Below, in pieces: positions 46,319-55,160 of a DNA stretch of 64,000 nucleotides; position 1 is the stretch's first letter, and every line of letters begins with the position of its first letter. This stretch comes from Chloroflexi bacterium ADurb.Bin180. Lineage in GTDB: Bacteria; Chloroflexota; Anaerolineae; UBA2200. The notes below the pieces were generated by a model, which ran no database searches, was not told the DNA's origin, and saw only the letters and a program-made list of their open reading frames with translations. The translations under genes were made by a program, and so were the position numbers. The DNA is taken from positions 1,660 through 65,659 of the forward strand of contig MWCV01000007.1 in assembly GCA_002070215.1 (NCBI GenBank), in the 5' to 3' direction.

Positions 46319-47014
46319 TTGTCAAGCGTGATCTACATTGGTATGGATGATACGGACAACGCTCAGTCGCGGGGCACGGGCCACATCGCGCGCGCCGTTG
46401 CCGGGATTCTGGCGGTGGACTTTGGCCTGGTGGGAGTGGTGCGGCATCAATTGCTCTTTGACCCGCGAATTCGCTATACGGCTCACAACAGCAGCAAGAG
46501 CGTCATTCTGGACGCAAACGGCAAGGTGGATCTGGCCGACCTGGCCAAACGCATCGGCCGGCTGATGTTGGACGATTTTCAGGAGGGCAGCGACCCGGGC
46601 GTGTGTGTTGCTCGCGACGTGCCGGAGGAGGTCGTGCAATATGGTCGCCGGGCGCAGCAGGAGCTGATCACTCAGGATGAGGCGCGGGCGCTGGCGGCCA
46701 AACACGACATCCCGTTGCTCGGGTTGGGCGGTGATGAAGGCGGAGTGATCGGCGCGCTGGCGGCAGTAGGGCTGGCCGCCAGTGGCAACGATGGGCGCTT
46801 TATGATGGTGGGGCGGCTGCGGGAGCTCAAGGGTCTGTTGCCCGTTCCAGCGGTGCTGGAAGCTGGCATTGCCGCGGTCGAGACGGCCGACGGCAGGCCG
46901 GTCACCGAGGGTTTGGTGGCCACGGACAAGATGCGCCCGGCGCGGCGGCGCGGGCTGCCCATTGCCATTGTCGAGTGGCAGGAGGATCACTGGCAGCCGC
47001 TAAAGCTGAACTAG
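46319..47014 (+). CDS. Hypothetical protein resembling the N-terminal kinase domain of tRNA(Ile2) agmatidine synthetase TiaS
   Basis: IYIGMDDTDNAQSRGTGHIA and GGVIGALAAVGLA resemble TiaS IGIDDTDS...G(L/V)IGALAA motifs. No OB fold or Zn ribbon. First gene of the ECF transporter operon. Confidence 0.35.
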   Translation: MSSVIYIGMDDTDNAQSRGTGHIARAVAGILAVDFGLVGVVRHQLLFDPRIRYTAHNSSKSVILDANGKVDLADLAKRIGRLMLDDFQEGSDPGVCVARDVPEEVVQYGRRAQQELITQDEARALAAKHDIPLLGLGGDEGGVIGALAAVGLAASGNDGRFMMVGRLRELKGLLPVPAVLEAGIAAVETADGRPVTEGLVATDKMRPARRRGLPIAIVEWQEDHWQPLKLN

Positions 47015-47024
47015 CTCTTCGTTC

Positions 47025-48488
47025 ATGGATAGGCAGGGTATGACCGGCAGTGGTGCTCTCGTAGCGGAGCAGGTTTCATATGGATACCTCGGCGCGGGCA
47101 AGGCGCTGGACGGAGTCTCGCTGGCCGTTGCGCCGGGAGAGGTCGTGTTGATTACGGGACCTTCTGGCTCCGGCAAGAGCACCCTGGCGCGATGCCTGAC
47201 TGGGCTCATCCCGCACCTCTACCACGGGGAGCTGCAGGGTGCCTGCCTGGTGGATGGGGTGTTAACGACGGACACGCCGCTGTGGCGTTTGGCCAAACGG
47301 GCGGGATTCGTCTTTCAGAATCCGGGCGAGCAGCTCCTGGCTACCTCGGTGGAAGAGGAAATCATCTTTGGCCTGGAGAACCTGGGGCTGCCGGCCGAAG
47401 AGATCGAGTCGCGTCTGGAAGAGGCTCTGGAGCGCTTTGGGCTGAAGGAGATGCGCCACCGCGCTCCGCAGACTCTGTCCGGCGGGGAGCAGCAGAAGCT
47501 GGCCCTGGCGGCGATTATGGCCCGCCATCCGGCAGCGCTGGTGCTCGACGAGCCGCTGTCGATGCTGGATACCACTGCGGCCAGCGCTCTGGTTGAGCAC
47601 TTGCTCGGTTTGGCCAGAGATGGGGTCACGGTGGTGCTGTGTGAGCACCGCGCCGAGTATCTGGAGGGCAGGCCCGACGTTCGGGTCGTGTCGATGGGCG
47701 CTGCGGCACCGCATCTGGCGCCGCCATCGTCCATCCCTTTGCCAGCCAGTGCTGAGGGTCAGGTGGTGCTCGAGGTTCAGGGGCTGGGCGTCACCCTGGG
47801 TGACAAACGCGTGCTGCAAGGCCTGAACCTGGGGCTTGCCGGCGGGCAGGTAGTGGTGATCGTGGGTCGCAACGGGGTGGGCAAGACCACCCTGCTGCGG
47901 GCCCTGTGCGGGCTGCAGAAACATGAAGGGACGGTGCTAGCCGACGGTGCCAGGCCGGAGCTGGGCCTGGTCTTTCAGAATGCCGACCTGCAGCTCTTCA
48001 ACGCATCGGTGCGGGACGAGATCCTGTACCGTATGCCGCAGCCAGACATGGCCCTGTACTCGTGGTTGCTGCAGGCTCTGGGCCTGGGCAGCTACGAGCA
48101 GGTGCCCCCGCTGCTGTTGAGCGAGGGCGAGAAGAAGCGGCTGGCCCTGGCGACGGTGATGATGCGCAATCCGAAACACGGCCTGCTGCTGGATGAGCCA
48201 GCCGTTGGACAGGACGCCGCGCACAAGCAGATGCTGATGAGCATCCTGCGCGCAGTGGCGCAGAGCGGCAAGGTCGTTCTGGTGACGACTCACGACCTGT
48301 CTCTGGCAGTGCAGGCGGACCGGCTGATCCTGCTGGGCGCAGATGGTTTTGTGGCCGATGGGCCGCCCCACCAGGTGCTGCAGAACGATGCGGCGTGGTC
48401 AGCGGTGGGGCTGGTGGTTCCGGATTGGGTGAGGAACCCGGAGCGCCGGGCCGAGGCAGAGGGCGCAACGGTCGGAGGGGGTGCTTGA
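47025..48488 (+). CDS. ecfA: ECF transporter fused double ATPase (EcfA1-EcfA2)
   Basis: Two ABC cassettes (GPSGSGKSTLARCL ... LSGGEQQKLALA; GRNGVGKTTLLRAL ... LSEGEKKRLALA) in 487 aa. Confidence 0.85.
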   Translation: MDRQGMTGSGALVAEQVSYGYLGAGKALDGVSLAVAPGEVVLITGPSGSGKSTLARCLTGLIPHLYHGELQGACLVDGVLTTDTPLWRLAKRAGFVFQNPGEQLLATSVEEEIIFGLENLGLPAEEIESRLEEALERFGLKEMRHRAPQTLSGGEQQKLALAAIMARHPAALVLDEPLSMLDTTAASALVEHLLGLARDGVTVVLCEHRAEYLEGRPDVRVVSMGAAAPHLAPPSSIPLPASAEGQVVLEVQGLGVTLGDKRVLQGLNLGLAGGQVVVIVGRNGVGKTTLLRALCGLQKHEGTVLADGARPELGLVFQNADLQLFNASVRDEILYRMPQPDMALYSWLLQALGLGSYEQVPPLLLSEGEKKRLALATVMMRNPKHGLLLDEPAVGQDAAHKQMLMSILRAVAQSGKVVLVTTHDLSLAVQADRLILLGADGFVADGPPHQVLQNDAAWSAVGLVVPDWVRNPERRAEAEGATVGGGA

Positions 48489-49249
48489 TTCGGCTGGGGC
48501 CCGCGCGCGGGGCTCGCGCCATCGTGCTGAGGGAGGATTCGCCGCTTCGACGGGTGGATCCGAGGGTCAAACTGGCACTGAGTCTGGGCGCATCGCTGGC
48601 GGTGATGCTGCCTCTGGAGCGGCTGATAGCCTTTATGGCGCTCTATGCGCTTTTCCTGTTGTGGGCGCGGCTAATGGATGAGGTCGCCAGGCAGGTCTGG
48701 CGGCTCAAGTGGATTCTGATTCTGCTCTTTCTGGTGGACTGGCTGATTATCTCGCTGGACCTGGCGGTGATCGTGACCCTGCGGCTGACGCTGCTGGCGG
48801 GAACGTTCACGGTGTTCTTTGCCACGACCAAACCGGAAGAACTGCGGCTCGCCCTGGAGTGGCTGAGGGTTCCGCACCGCTACGCTTTCAGCGTGAGCCT
48901 GGCTTTTCAGAGCGTGGGCTTGCTGGACGATCAGTGGCGGGCCATTCGTGAGGCGCAACAGTCACGCGGGGCCTGGTCGCCGCCGGAAGAAAAGCGCGGT
49001 CTGCGGTGGAACGACCTGCGAGCGCAGGTCAGCGCGGTGACCCTGGCGGTCAGGGATATGGTGGCTCTGAGCGTGCCGGCTATTGTGCTGGCAGTGAAGC
49101 ACGCCTGGGCGATGAACGAGGCGGCCTACGCCCGGGGATTTGATTCGCCCGAGCGCGTGCCCTACCACCGGCTCAAGATGACCGGGCTGGACTGGCTGCT
49201 GCTGACCGGAGCTCTCGCCACAGGGGTGATTCTGGTCTGGGTGAAGTAG
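48485..49249 (+). CDS. ecfT: ECF transporter transmembrane T component (CbiQ family)
   Basis: Polytopic CbiQ-like (VDPRVKLALSLGASLAVMLP...). TTG at 48485 overlaps the ecfA stop; the ORF frame opens at 48395. Confidence 0.7.
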   Translation: MIRLGPARGARAIVLREDSPLRRVDPRVKLALSLGASLAVMLPLERLIAFMALYALFLLWARLMDEVARQVWRLKWILILLFLVDWLIISLDLAVIVTLRLTLLAGTFTVFFATTKPEELRLALEWLRVPHRYAFSVSLAFQSVGLLDDQWRAIREAQQSRGAWSPPEEKRGLRWNDLRAQVSAVTLAVRDMVALSVPAIVLAVKHAWAMNEAAYARGFDSPERVPYHRLKMTGLDWLLLTGALATGVILVWVK

Positions 49250-49272
49250 CCGCACGTGGATGGGGGTAGAGC

Positions 49273-49776
49273 GTGAAGCAAAAGACACGTATCAACATCG
49301 GACTGCTGGTCCTGGTGGTGCTTGTTGGCAGCGTGCTGGGCATCGAGGCCTGGCGCAGGGCCAGGGCGGAGCGCCAGACCGTAGGTGAGGTGGTTCTGAC
49401 GCCTGGCAGCGTGCCCATCTACCTGGACGGCCAGCTCATCGCCGGCTTTCAGCCGACGGACCTGGAGCAGCTCAGCAAGGTGAGCTTTGTCGATGCCGAA
49501 CAAGGCAAGACGCAGGAAGGGTGGCTGCTGCGCGACGTCCTCCTGCTCCACCTGCAGCGCAAGCGGCTCAAAGCAGACTCGCTCATCACGGTGAGCAGCT
49601 CAAGCCGAAACAAGTCAGCTCGAGTCACCTGGGCCCAGGCCGATGAGGCGGCCAACTGGGTCATGTTCGACCTGTCGGGGCGTGGAACACTCAAACTGGT
49701 GTCTGTTCTCGAAGGGCTCAAGACGCGCGACCAATGGGTCCAGGACGTGGACAGGATCGAGATCACGAGCAAATGA
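49273..49776 (+). CDS. Membrane-anchored protein with one cysteine-less sulfite-oxidase-like (Oxidored_molyb-like) domain
   Basis: N-terminal TM helix, then VVLTPGSVPIYLDGQ...EGWLLRDVLLLHL...NWVMFDLSGRGTLKLVSVLE...DVDRIEI. Stop overlaps start of the ECF S component (ATGA). Confidence 0.55.
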   Translation: MKQKTRINIGLLVLVVLVGSVLGIEAWRRARAERQTVGEVVLTPGSVPIYLDGQLIAGFQPTDLEQLSKVSFVDAEQGKTQEGWLLRDVLLLHLQRKRLKADSLITVSSSSRNKSARVTWAQADEAANWVMFDLSGRGTLKLVSVLEGLKTRDQWVQDVDRIEITSK

Positions 49777-50318
49777 AGCCACGTTACTTCTCGACCTTTC
49801 AACTGATTCTGCTGGCGCAGTTCGCCGCGCTGATTGTGGTAGCCAAGATCGCACTGCGGCTGCCGCTGCAGCTCCCCGGTCACTCGGGGCTCTTCTGGAT
49901 GGCCATTGTGATGGTCGGCGCCGGGGTGGTGCCCAAGCGCGGCGCGGCTACACTGATCGGGCTGACTTCGGCCATTCTGGCCGCCTTTCTCGGCCTGGGT
50001 GACTTTGGTGCCCTGGACACGTTTCTCTCCTACCTGGCGGTGGGCGTGGCGACGGATCTGGCCCTGTGGCTGATGGGCAGCCCGGAGAACCTGGCGGTGG
50101 CACCGCTGGCGGGAGCTACAGGGCATTTCGGCAAGTTCCTGGTCAAGTGGGCGCTGGCGGGTGTTCTGGGGGCGCCGATGGGGTTCGTTGCCCTAGGTCT
50201 GCTCAAGTCCATCGTCAGCTATCTGGTGTTCGGTGCGTTGGGCGGGTTCCTGGGGGCACTCACCCTGGCTGCTCTGAGGCGTGCCGGTTTCTTTGCCTAT
50301 CTGGCAGAACGAAAGTGA
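49773..50318 (+). CDS. ECF transporter substrate-specific S component (unknown substrate)
   Basis: ~181 aa with 5-6 TM helices. Translationally coupled to the upstream domain protein and downstream of ecfA/ecfT. Confidence 0.55.
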   Translation: MKPRYFSTFQLILLAQFAALIVVAKIALRLPLQLPGHSGLFWMAIVMVGAGVVPKRGAATLIGLTSAILAAFLGLGDFGALDTFLSYLAVGVATDLALWLMGSPENLAVAPLAGATGHFGKFLVKWALAGVLGAPMGFVALGLLKSIVSYLVFGALGGFLGALTLAALRRAGFFAYLAERK

Positions 50319-50323
50319 GGTAG

Positions 50324-51040
50324 GTGGCAGTGGAGATACTGAGAGGCTTTGCTCAGGCAGTGCAATTGATCCTGCACCGGGATCCCGCCTTGGCTACGAT
50401 TGTGGCGCTCTCATTGAGGGTTACGGGTATCGCTCTCCTGTTCAGCACTGTGCTCGGCATACCGCTGGGCATCTTCCTGGGCTTTAGTCGGTTTGTCGGT
50501 CGGCGGTTGGTCATCGCCATGCTTTACACTGGAATGGGCTTTCCTCCGGTGGTGGTCGGGCTGTTTGTATACATGCTCATCTCGCGCAGCGGCCCGATTG
50601 GCAAGTTGGCTCTACCCTTTGTACCCAGCCTATTCACGCCGGGGGCGATGATCATCGCACAGACGATCATCTCCTTCCCGCTGATCGCCGGCTTTACCAT
50701 GGCCGCCGTAATGGGGGTCGACCCGCAATTGCGCCAGCAGGTGATGGCTCTCGGTGCTACCCGCTGGCAGGGAGCGTGGACGGTGCTCACCGAGGCACGG
50801 GTCGGGGTGCTGGTGTCCATCGTGGCCGGCTTTGGCAGCGTGATCTCTGAGGTCGGTGCGGTGATGATGGTTGGCGGCAACATCGAGAACTATACGCGGG
50901 TGCTCACTACAGCTATCGTGCTGGAGACCAACAAAGGTCGTTTCACTCTGGCCATGGCGCTGGGGGTCATTCTGCTGGCCCTGTCGTTTATCGCCAACGT
51001 GATCATGCTGCGGCTGCAGGGAAGGACTCTGGACGAATGA
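50324..51040 (+). CDS. tupB: Tungstate/molybdate ABC transporter permease
   Basis: 238 aa ABC permease with 5-6 TM helices and an EAA-like loop; coupled to the tupC ATPase. Confidence 0.7.
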   Translation: MAVEILRGFAQAVQLILHRDPALATIVALSLRVTGIALLFSTVLGIPLGIFLGFSRFVGRRLVIAMLYTGMGFPPVVVGLFVYMLISRSGPIGKLALPFVPSLFTPGAMIIAQTIISFPLIAGFTMAAVMGVDPQLRQQVMALGATRWQGAWTVLTEARVGVLVSIVAGFGSVISEVGAVMMVGGNIENYTRVLTTAIVLETNKGRFTLAMALGVILLALSFIANVIMLRLQGRTLDE

Positions 51041-51768
51041 GCGAATCGATTTTTCGGCTCGAAGGAGTGTCCAAAGGCTACAACGGACGTTGCGTGGTCG
51101 ACGTTCCCGGGCTAGAGATCCACAGAGGAGAGATCTTTTGCGTTGTTGGCCCGAGCGGCGCCGGCAAGAGCACCCTGCTGCGGCTGCTGAACTTTCTCGA
51201 GCCGCCGAGTACGGGCACCATTCATTTTGACGGCGGCAGGTATGGCCCGGCGGACGAAGTGCCTCTGGCGCAGCGCCGCAAGGTAACCACTGTCTTTCAG
51301 CGCTCGATCCTGCTGAATCGCTCGGTCTGGGCCAACGTCGATTATGGCCTGTGGCTGCGCGGCGACAGGACGGGCGGTGAGGCGGTCGACGCGGCGCTGG
51401 AACAGGTAGGGCTCAAGGATCTGGCCCGCCAGCAAGCGCGCACGCTTTCCGGCGGCGAGCTGCAGCGCGTGGCCCTGGCCCGCGCCATTGTGATCAAGCC
51501 GGAGGTGCTGCTGCTCGATGAACCAACGGCCAACCTCGATCCGTACAACGTCGGCCTGATCGAGGAGATCGTGAGGGAGCTCAATCACACTCGCGGCACG
51601 ACGGTGGTTCTGGTGACCCATAATGTGTTTCAGGCCAAGCGCCTGGCCGACCGGGTCGCGTTGCTGTTGGAGTGCAAGCTCGTCGAGATCGCGGAGGTAC
51701 ATCAGTTCTTCGAGTCCCCCAGCGACCCGCGCACCGGGGCTTTTGTGCGCGGCGACCTGGTCTACTAA
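51037..51768 (+). CDS. tupC: Tungstate/molybdate ABC transporter ATP-binding protein
   Basis: GPSGAGKSTLLRLL Walker A, LSGGELQRVALARA signature, 243 aa. Confidence 0.8.
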   Translation: MSESIFRLEGVSKGYNGRCVVDVPGLEIHRGEIFCVVGPSGAGKSTLLRLLNFLEPPSTGTIHFDGGRYGPADEVPLAQRRKVTTVFQRSILLNRSVWANVDYGLWLRGDRTGGEAVDAALEQVGLKDLARQQARTLSGGELQRVALARAIVIKPEVLLLDEPTANLDPYNVGLIEEIVRELNHTRGTTVVLVTHNVFQAKRLADRVALLLECKLVEIAEVHQFFESPSDPRTGAFVRGDLVY

Positions 51769-52032
51769 CAAGTTGTCCAAATGGCCTGGCAGAGAGGGAC
51801 GCGCGGTGCAGGATGCAAGATACGGTCCTCGGACAATAGGTCTTGCCCACCTTTTGCCCGCATCCTGCCTCCTGTATCTTGCATCCTGCTTTGCCACAAA
51901 CGGTCGGCAGCGTCGCACCGCGACGCTGCCCGACTGACCTGAGCAAGAAGGAGGGAGTGAGACAGAAATCATTCGCCGTTCGGTTTGGGATGAGCTATGG
52001 CTCAGAGTCACTATCTTTTGGAGGAGAGAACC

Positions 52033-53370
52033 ATGAAGCGTACGTTGTCCAATCTGTTGTTGATCGTGGTGGTGCTGGGGATGCTGGTGTCCTGCAAGGC
52101 GCCGGCGCCAACTCCCACCGCAGTGCCACCGACCAAGGTGCCGCCGACGGCTACACCAGTTCCGCCGACCCCGGTACCGCCCACGCCCGTGCCGCCCACG
52201 GCTGTGCCGCCGACGCCGGCGCCGACCGCCATTCCCATGGCTGCCGGCCGCCTGCTGTTGGCCACGACCACCAGCACGCGCGATTCGGGTCTGCTCGACT
52301 TTATCCTGCCGGACTTTGAGAAGCAGTACAACGTCAAGGTCGACGTAGTGGCTGTGGGCAGCGGTCAGGCGATGAAGATCGGCCAGGACGGTAATGCCGA
52401 AGTCCTGCTGGTTCACTCGCGCGCCGCCGAAGACAAGTTCATGGCCGAAGGCCACGGCATCCGGCGCGAGGACGTGATGTACAACGACTTTGTACTGGTC
52501 GGCCCTGCCGCTGACCCGGCCGGCATCAAGGGCATGAAGAAGGCCGCCAAAGTCTTTGCCCAGATGGCCGAGAAGAAGGTCGAGTTTATCTCCCGCGCCG
52601 ACGAATCCGGCACGCATGTCAAGGAAAAGGACCTCTGGAAGGCCGCTGGAATCACCCCGGAGGGCTCCTGGTACGTTGCGGCTGGTGCAGGGATGGGCGC
52701 CGTACTCACCATGGCCAATGAAAAGCAGGCCTACACGCTGAGCGACCGCGCTACCTATCTGGCCCGCAAGGCAGAAGGGCTGCAACTGGAGATCCTGGTC
52801 GAGGGTGATCCAGTGATGTTCAACCCCTACGGGGTCATCCAGGTCGATCCGAAGAAGAACACGCAGATCAAGGGCGAGTTGGCCAAAGAGTTCATCGACT
52901 GGATCGTCTCCGTGCCGGTGCAGGAAAAGATCGCCACCTTCGGTGTCGACAAGTGGGGTGCGCCGCTCTTCTTCCCCGACTCGACCCTGTACAAGGCCGC
53001 TCACGCCCCGGCCCCGGCCGCGGGACTCAAGATTACCGGACTGGTCAACAAGCCGGTAACGCTGTCTGAGGCCGAGGTCAAGGCCATGCCGACGATGGAA
53101 GCCGAGCGCGCCAACAAGGAAGGCGTCATGGAAAAGTACACCGGCGTGTCCATCGTCAAGCTGCTCGAGCTCGCCGGCCACAAGGCCGAGGCAACGACCC
53201 TTGTCTTTGTTGCCGAGGATGGCTACACCGCCGATGTCGTCCTGGCCGATGTGCTCAAGTGCGAAAAGTGCATCCTGTCTTTCCGCAGCCAGGGTGGCTT
53301 TAGCTCGGTCCTGCCCGATTTCTCGGGCAAGGCGCAGGTCAAGGGCGTCGTGGAGATGCAGCTAAAGTAG
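52033..53370 (+). CDS. tupA: Tungstate-binding lipoprotein TupA fused to a C-terminal sulfite-oxidase-like domain
   Basis: Lipobox LVSC, PT-rich linker, TupA signature LATTTSTRDSGLLD, then a ~125-aa domain (GLKITGLVNKPVTLSEAEVKAMP...YTGVSIVKLLELAG...DGYTADVV). GGAGGAGAG RBS before ATG at 52033. Confidence 0.8.
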   Translation: MKRTLSNLLLIVVVLGMLVSCKAPAPTPTAVPPTKVPPTATPVPPTPVPPTPVPPTAVPPTPAPTAIPMAAGRLLLATTTSTRDSGLLDFILPDFEKQYNVKVDVVAVGSGQAMKIGQDGNAEVLLVHSRAAEDKFMAEGHGIRREDVMYNDFVLVGPAADPAGIKGMKKAAKVFAQMAEKKVEFISRADESGTHVKEKDLWKAAGITPEGSWYVAAGAGMGAVLTMANEKQAYTLSDRATYLARKAEGLQLEILVEGDPVMFNPYGVIQVDPKKNTQIKGELAKEFIDWIVSVPVQEKIATFGVDKWGAPLFFPDSTLYKAAHAPAPAAGLKITGLVNKPVTLSEAEVKAMPTMEAERANKEGVMEKYTGVSIVKLLELAGHKAEATTLVFVAEDGYTADVVLADVLKCEKCILSFRSQGGFSSVLPDFSGKAQVKGVVEMQLK

Positions 53371-53684
53371 CCGACCGCCCAGGTCAACTACTTCAGTCGG
53401 CTTCTTGCCGATGCGGCAGTTGCACCGTCCGGTACCCGGTCACGCCTGTACAGCGATGAGGGCCGGCGGTGCAGCTGCCAGCAGACGAAGAGCTCAGCAG
53501 GAAACCCCTGCCCGCGGATGGCTCCAGTCTGGCCCGACCTGGCTCTGTCAGCGGCGGCGTTACGCCGCTGCTGCGGGGCTTGGCCGGGTCGTGCGGAAAA
53601 CTGCTGGCGCCTCAGCGTGCAGGGCGTACCCGACTGACAGGTTCGACGCAAATCCCATTCCGCTCTGGAACGAGGAGAGAAACC

Positions 53685-54614
53685 GTGTGGAAACGTAGGT
53701 TCTCGAGGCTGTTCGCTCTCTTGGCAATCCTTCTGGTGCTTGTTGTCGTCGCCGGCATCGCTGCCGCCATGGCCGGGGCCAAGGCCCTGGCTCCGCTCAA
53801 GACCGCCACGGTCTATCCTTGGGCCATGCTGGCCTCCGAAGCCGACACCGTCAATCGTTGCCTGACGTGCCACAAGGCAGACGAGATGCATACGTGCCAG
53901 ACCTGCCACGACGCCCACGGGGGACTGGAGATGCCCAACATCCCCTTTGACGCCGTGGTGCAATTGGTAGGCGATTTCCCGCAGCCCGCTGTGGTGCAGC
54001 TCAATCAGATCTTTCCTTACGTCGAACGGCCGAACACAGCCATCGTACTGACCCAGTTCCTGCGCGACAAGGGAGTCGAGCAGTTCGAGAGCGTGACCCT
54101 TGCCGCGCCTGATGGAGCGGCGGTGACTCTGGAACCGGCCAACCTGACCGACGACGCCGTGCTCATACCCCACAAAGACGGAATGCGCTTCAGGGCAGAG
54201 AACCTGCACATCTCGACCTGGCTCAAGGGGATCACGCGCATTATTGTGGTGGGAACGCACAAGCCGCTGACCATTGACGGCACGGCCACATCTATCGGCC
54301 GGCTGCTTCTCGGGCCGACCTCCAGCGTCACGGTTGAGCCGAGCGACGTAATGCTCAAGAGCCCGGAAGACGGCGAAATACGCCAGGGTCGGACCTTCTC
54401 GCGCGTTGAGGGGGCGGCGGTCGAACCGCTGCTCGCCAACAGCGCCTTTTCGCGGCTGTTGGTCCGCGACGGGTCTGGGCGTCAGTACGAGCTTTCCAGA
54501 GAAGACGCCCGCGGCGCGCTGCTCACCCAGATGTGGGGCAAGACAGTCCTGGTACTGCCGGAGCGAGGACGCGCCAGGTGGGTGGCGGACGTGATTGACC
54601 TTGTCAGCCAGTAG
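53685..54614 (+). CDS. Membrane-anchored diheme c-type cytochrome fused to two sulfite-oxidase-like domains
   Basis: GTG at 53685 with GGAGAG upstream; TM helix; CLTCH and CQTCH heme-binding motifs; then two domains (VVQLVGDFPQPAVV...STWLKGITRIIVVG; LTIDGTATSIGRLL...RARWVADVIDLV). Confidence 0.6.
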   Translation: MWKRRFSRLFALLAILLVLVVVAGIAAAMAGAKALAPLKTATVYPWAMLASEADTVNRCLTCHKADEMHTCQTCHDAHGGLEMPNIPFDAVVQLVGDFPQPAVVQLNQIFPYVERPNTAIVLTQFLRDKGVEQFESVTLAAPDGAAVTLEPANLTDDAVLIPHKDGMRFRAENLHISTWLKGITRIIVVGTHKPLTIDGTATSIGRLLLGPTSSVTVEPSDVMLKSPEDGEIRQGRTFSRVEGAAVEPLLANSAFSRLLVRDGSGRQYELSREDARGALLTQMWGKTVLVLPERGRARWVADVIDLVSQ

Positions 54615-54644
54615 GCGACATTCGACATCAGAGATGGAGGTTGA

Positions 54645-55130
54645 ATGATGCGCAGGAACGTTGTCATTGCTTTGCTGCTCGTTGCGGTGGTGTTGTGCAG
54701 TTGCGCTCCCAAGGGCAGCGCTGCCCCGACTGTGGACTGGAAGCTGGACATCAAGGGCGATGTGGGCAAGCCCGTCTCCCTGACCTATGCCGACCTGGCC
54801 AAGATGCCACAAATTACACTCAAAGACGTGATGATGCAAAAGGCTGCCGGTGAGCCCGAGCCGACGACCTGGACCGGTGTCGCTCTCTCCGAGATCCTGA
54901 AACAGGCAGAGGGTGATGCCAACCCATCGTCGATTACGGCCGTAGCCGCCGATGGCTATGCCGTGGCCATACCCCGCGACGAGCTGGAGGGAGCCATCGT
55001 TGCGCTGAAGGACGGCAAGGACTGGATTGTCAAATCAGATCCCGATAAGGGGCCGATTCGCCTGGTCTGCCCCAAGGCGCCAGCCAATCGCTGGCTGTTT
55101 TCGCTGACCGAGATCAAAGTCAAGAAGTAG
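54645..55130 (+). CDS. Lipoprotein with single cysteine-less sulfite-oxidase-like (Oxidored_molyb-like) domain
   Basis: Lipobox LCSCA, then WKLDIKGDVGKPVSLTYADLAKMP...TWTGVALSEILKQAEG...AADGYAVAI...GPIRLVCPKAPANRWLFSLTEIKV. No Mo-ligand Cys loop; GGAGG RBS. Confidence 0.6.
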   Translation: MMRRNVVIALLLVAVVLCSCAPKGSAAPTVDWKLDIKGDVGKPVSLTYADLAKMPQITLKDVMMQKAAGEPEPTTWTGVALSEILKQAEGDANPSSITAVAADGYAVAIPRDELEGAIVALKDGKDWIVKSDPDKGPIRLVCPKAPANRWLFSLTEIKVKK

Positions 55131-55160
55131 ATTATGCTTTCTGTGCCGGAGGGTGTGCTT

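Noticed and set aside
51112-53181. 689-aa minus-strand ORF spanning tupC and tupA, and the 55419-56765 and 62119-63330 antisense ORFs
   Set aside because: They overlap confidently assigned genes (Walker A ATPase, TTTS TupA motif, FGGY kinase) on the other strand and have no motifs of their own.
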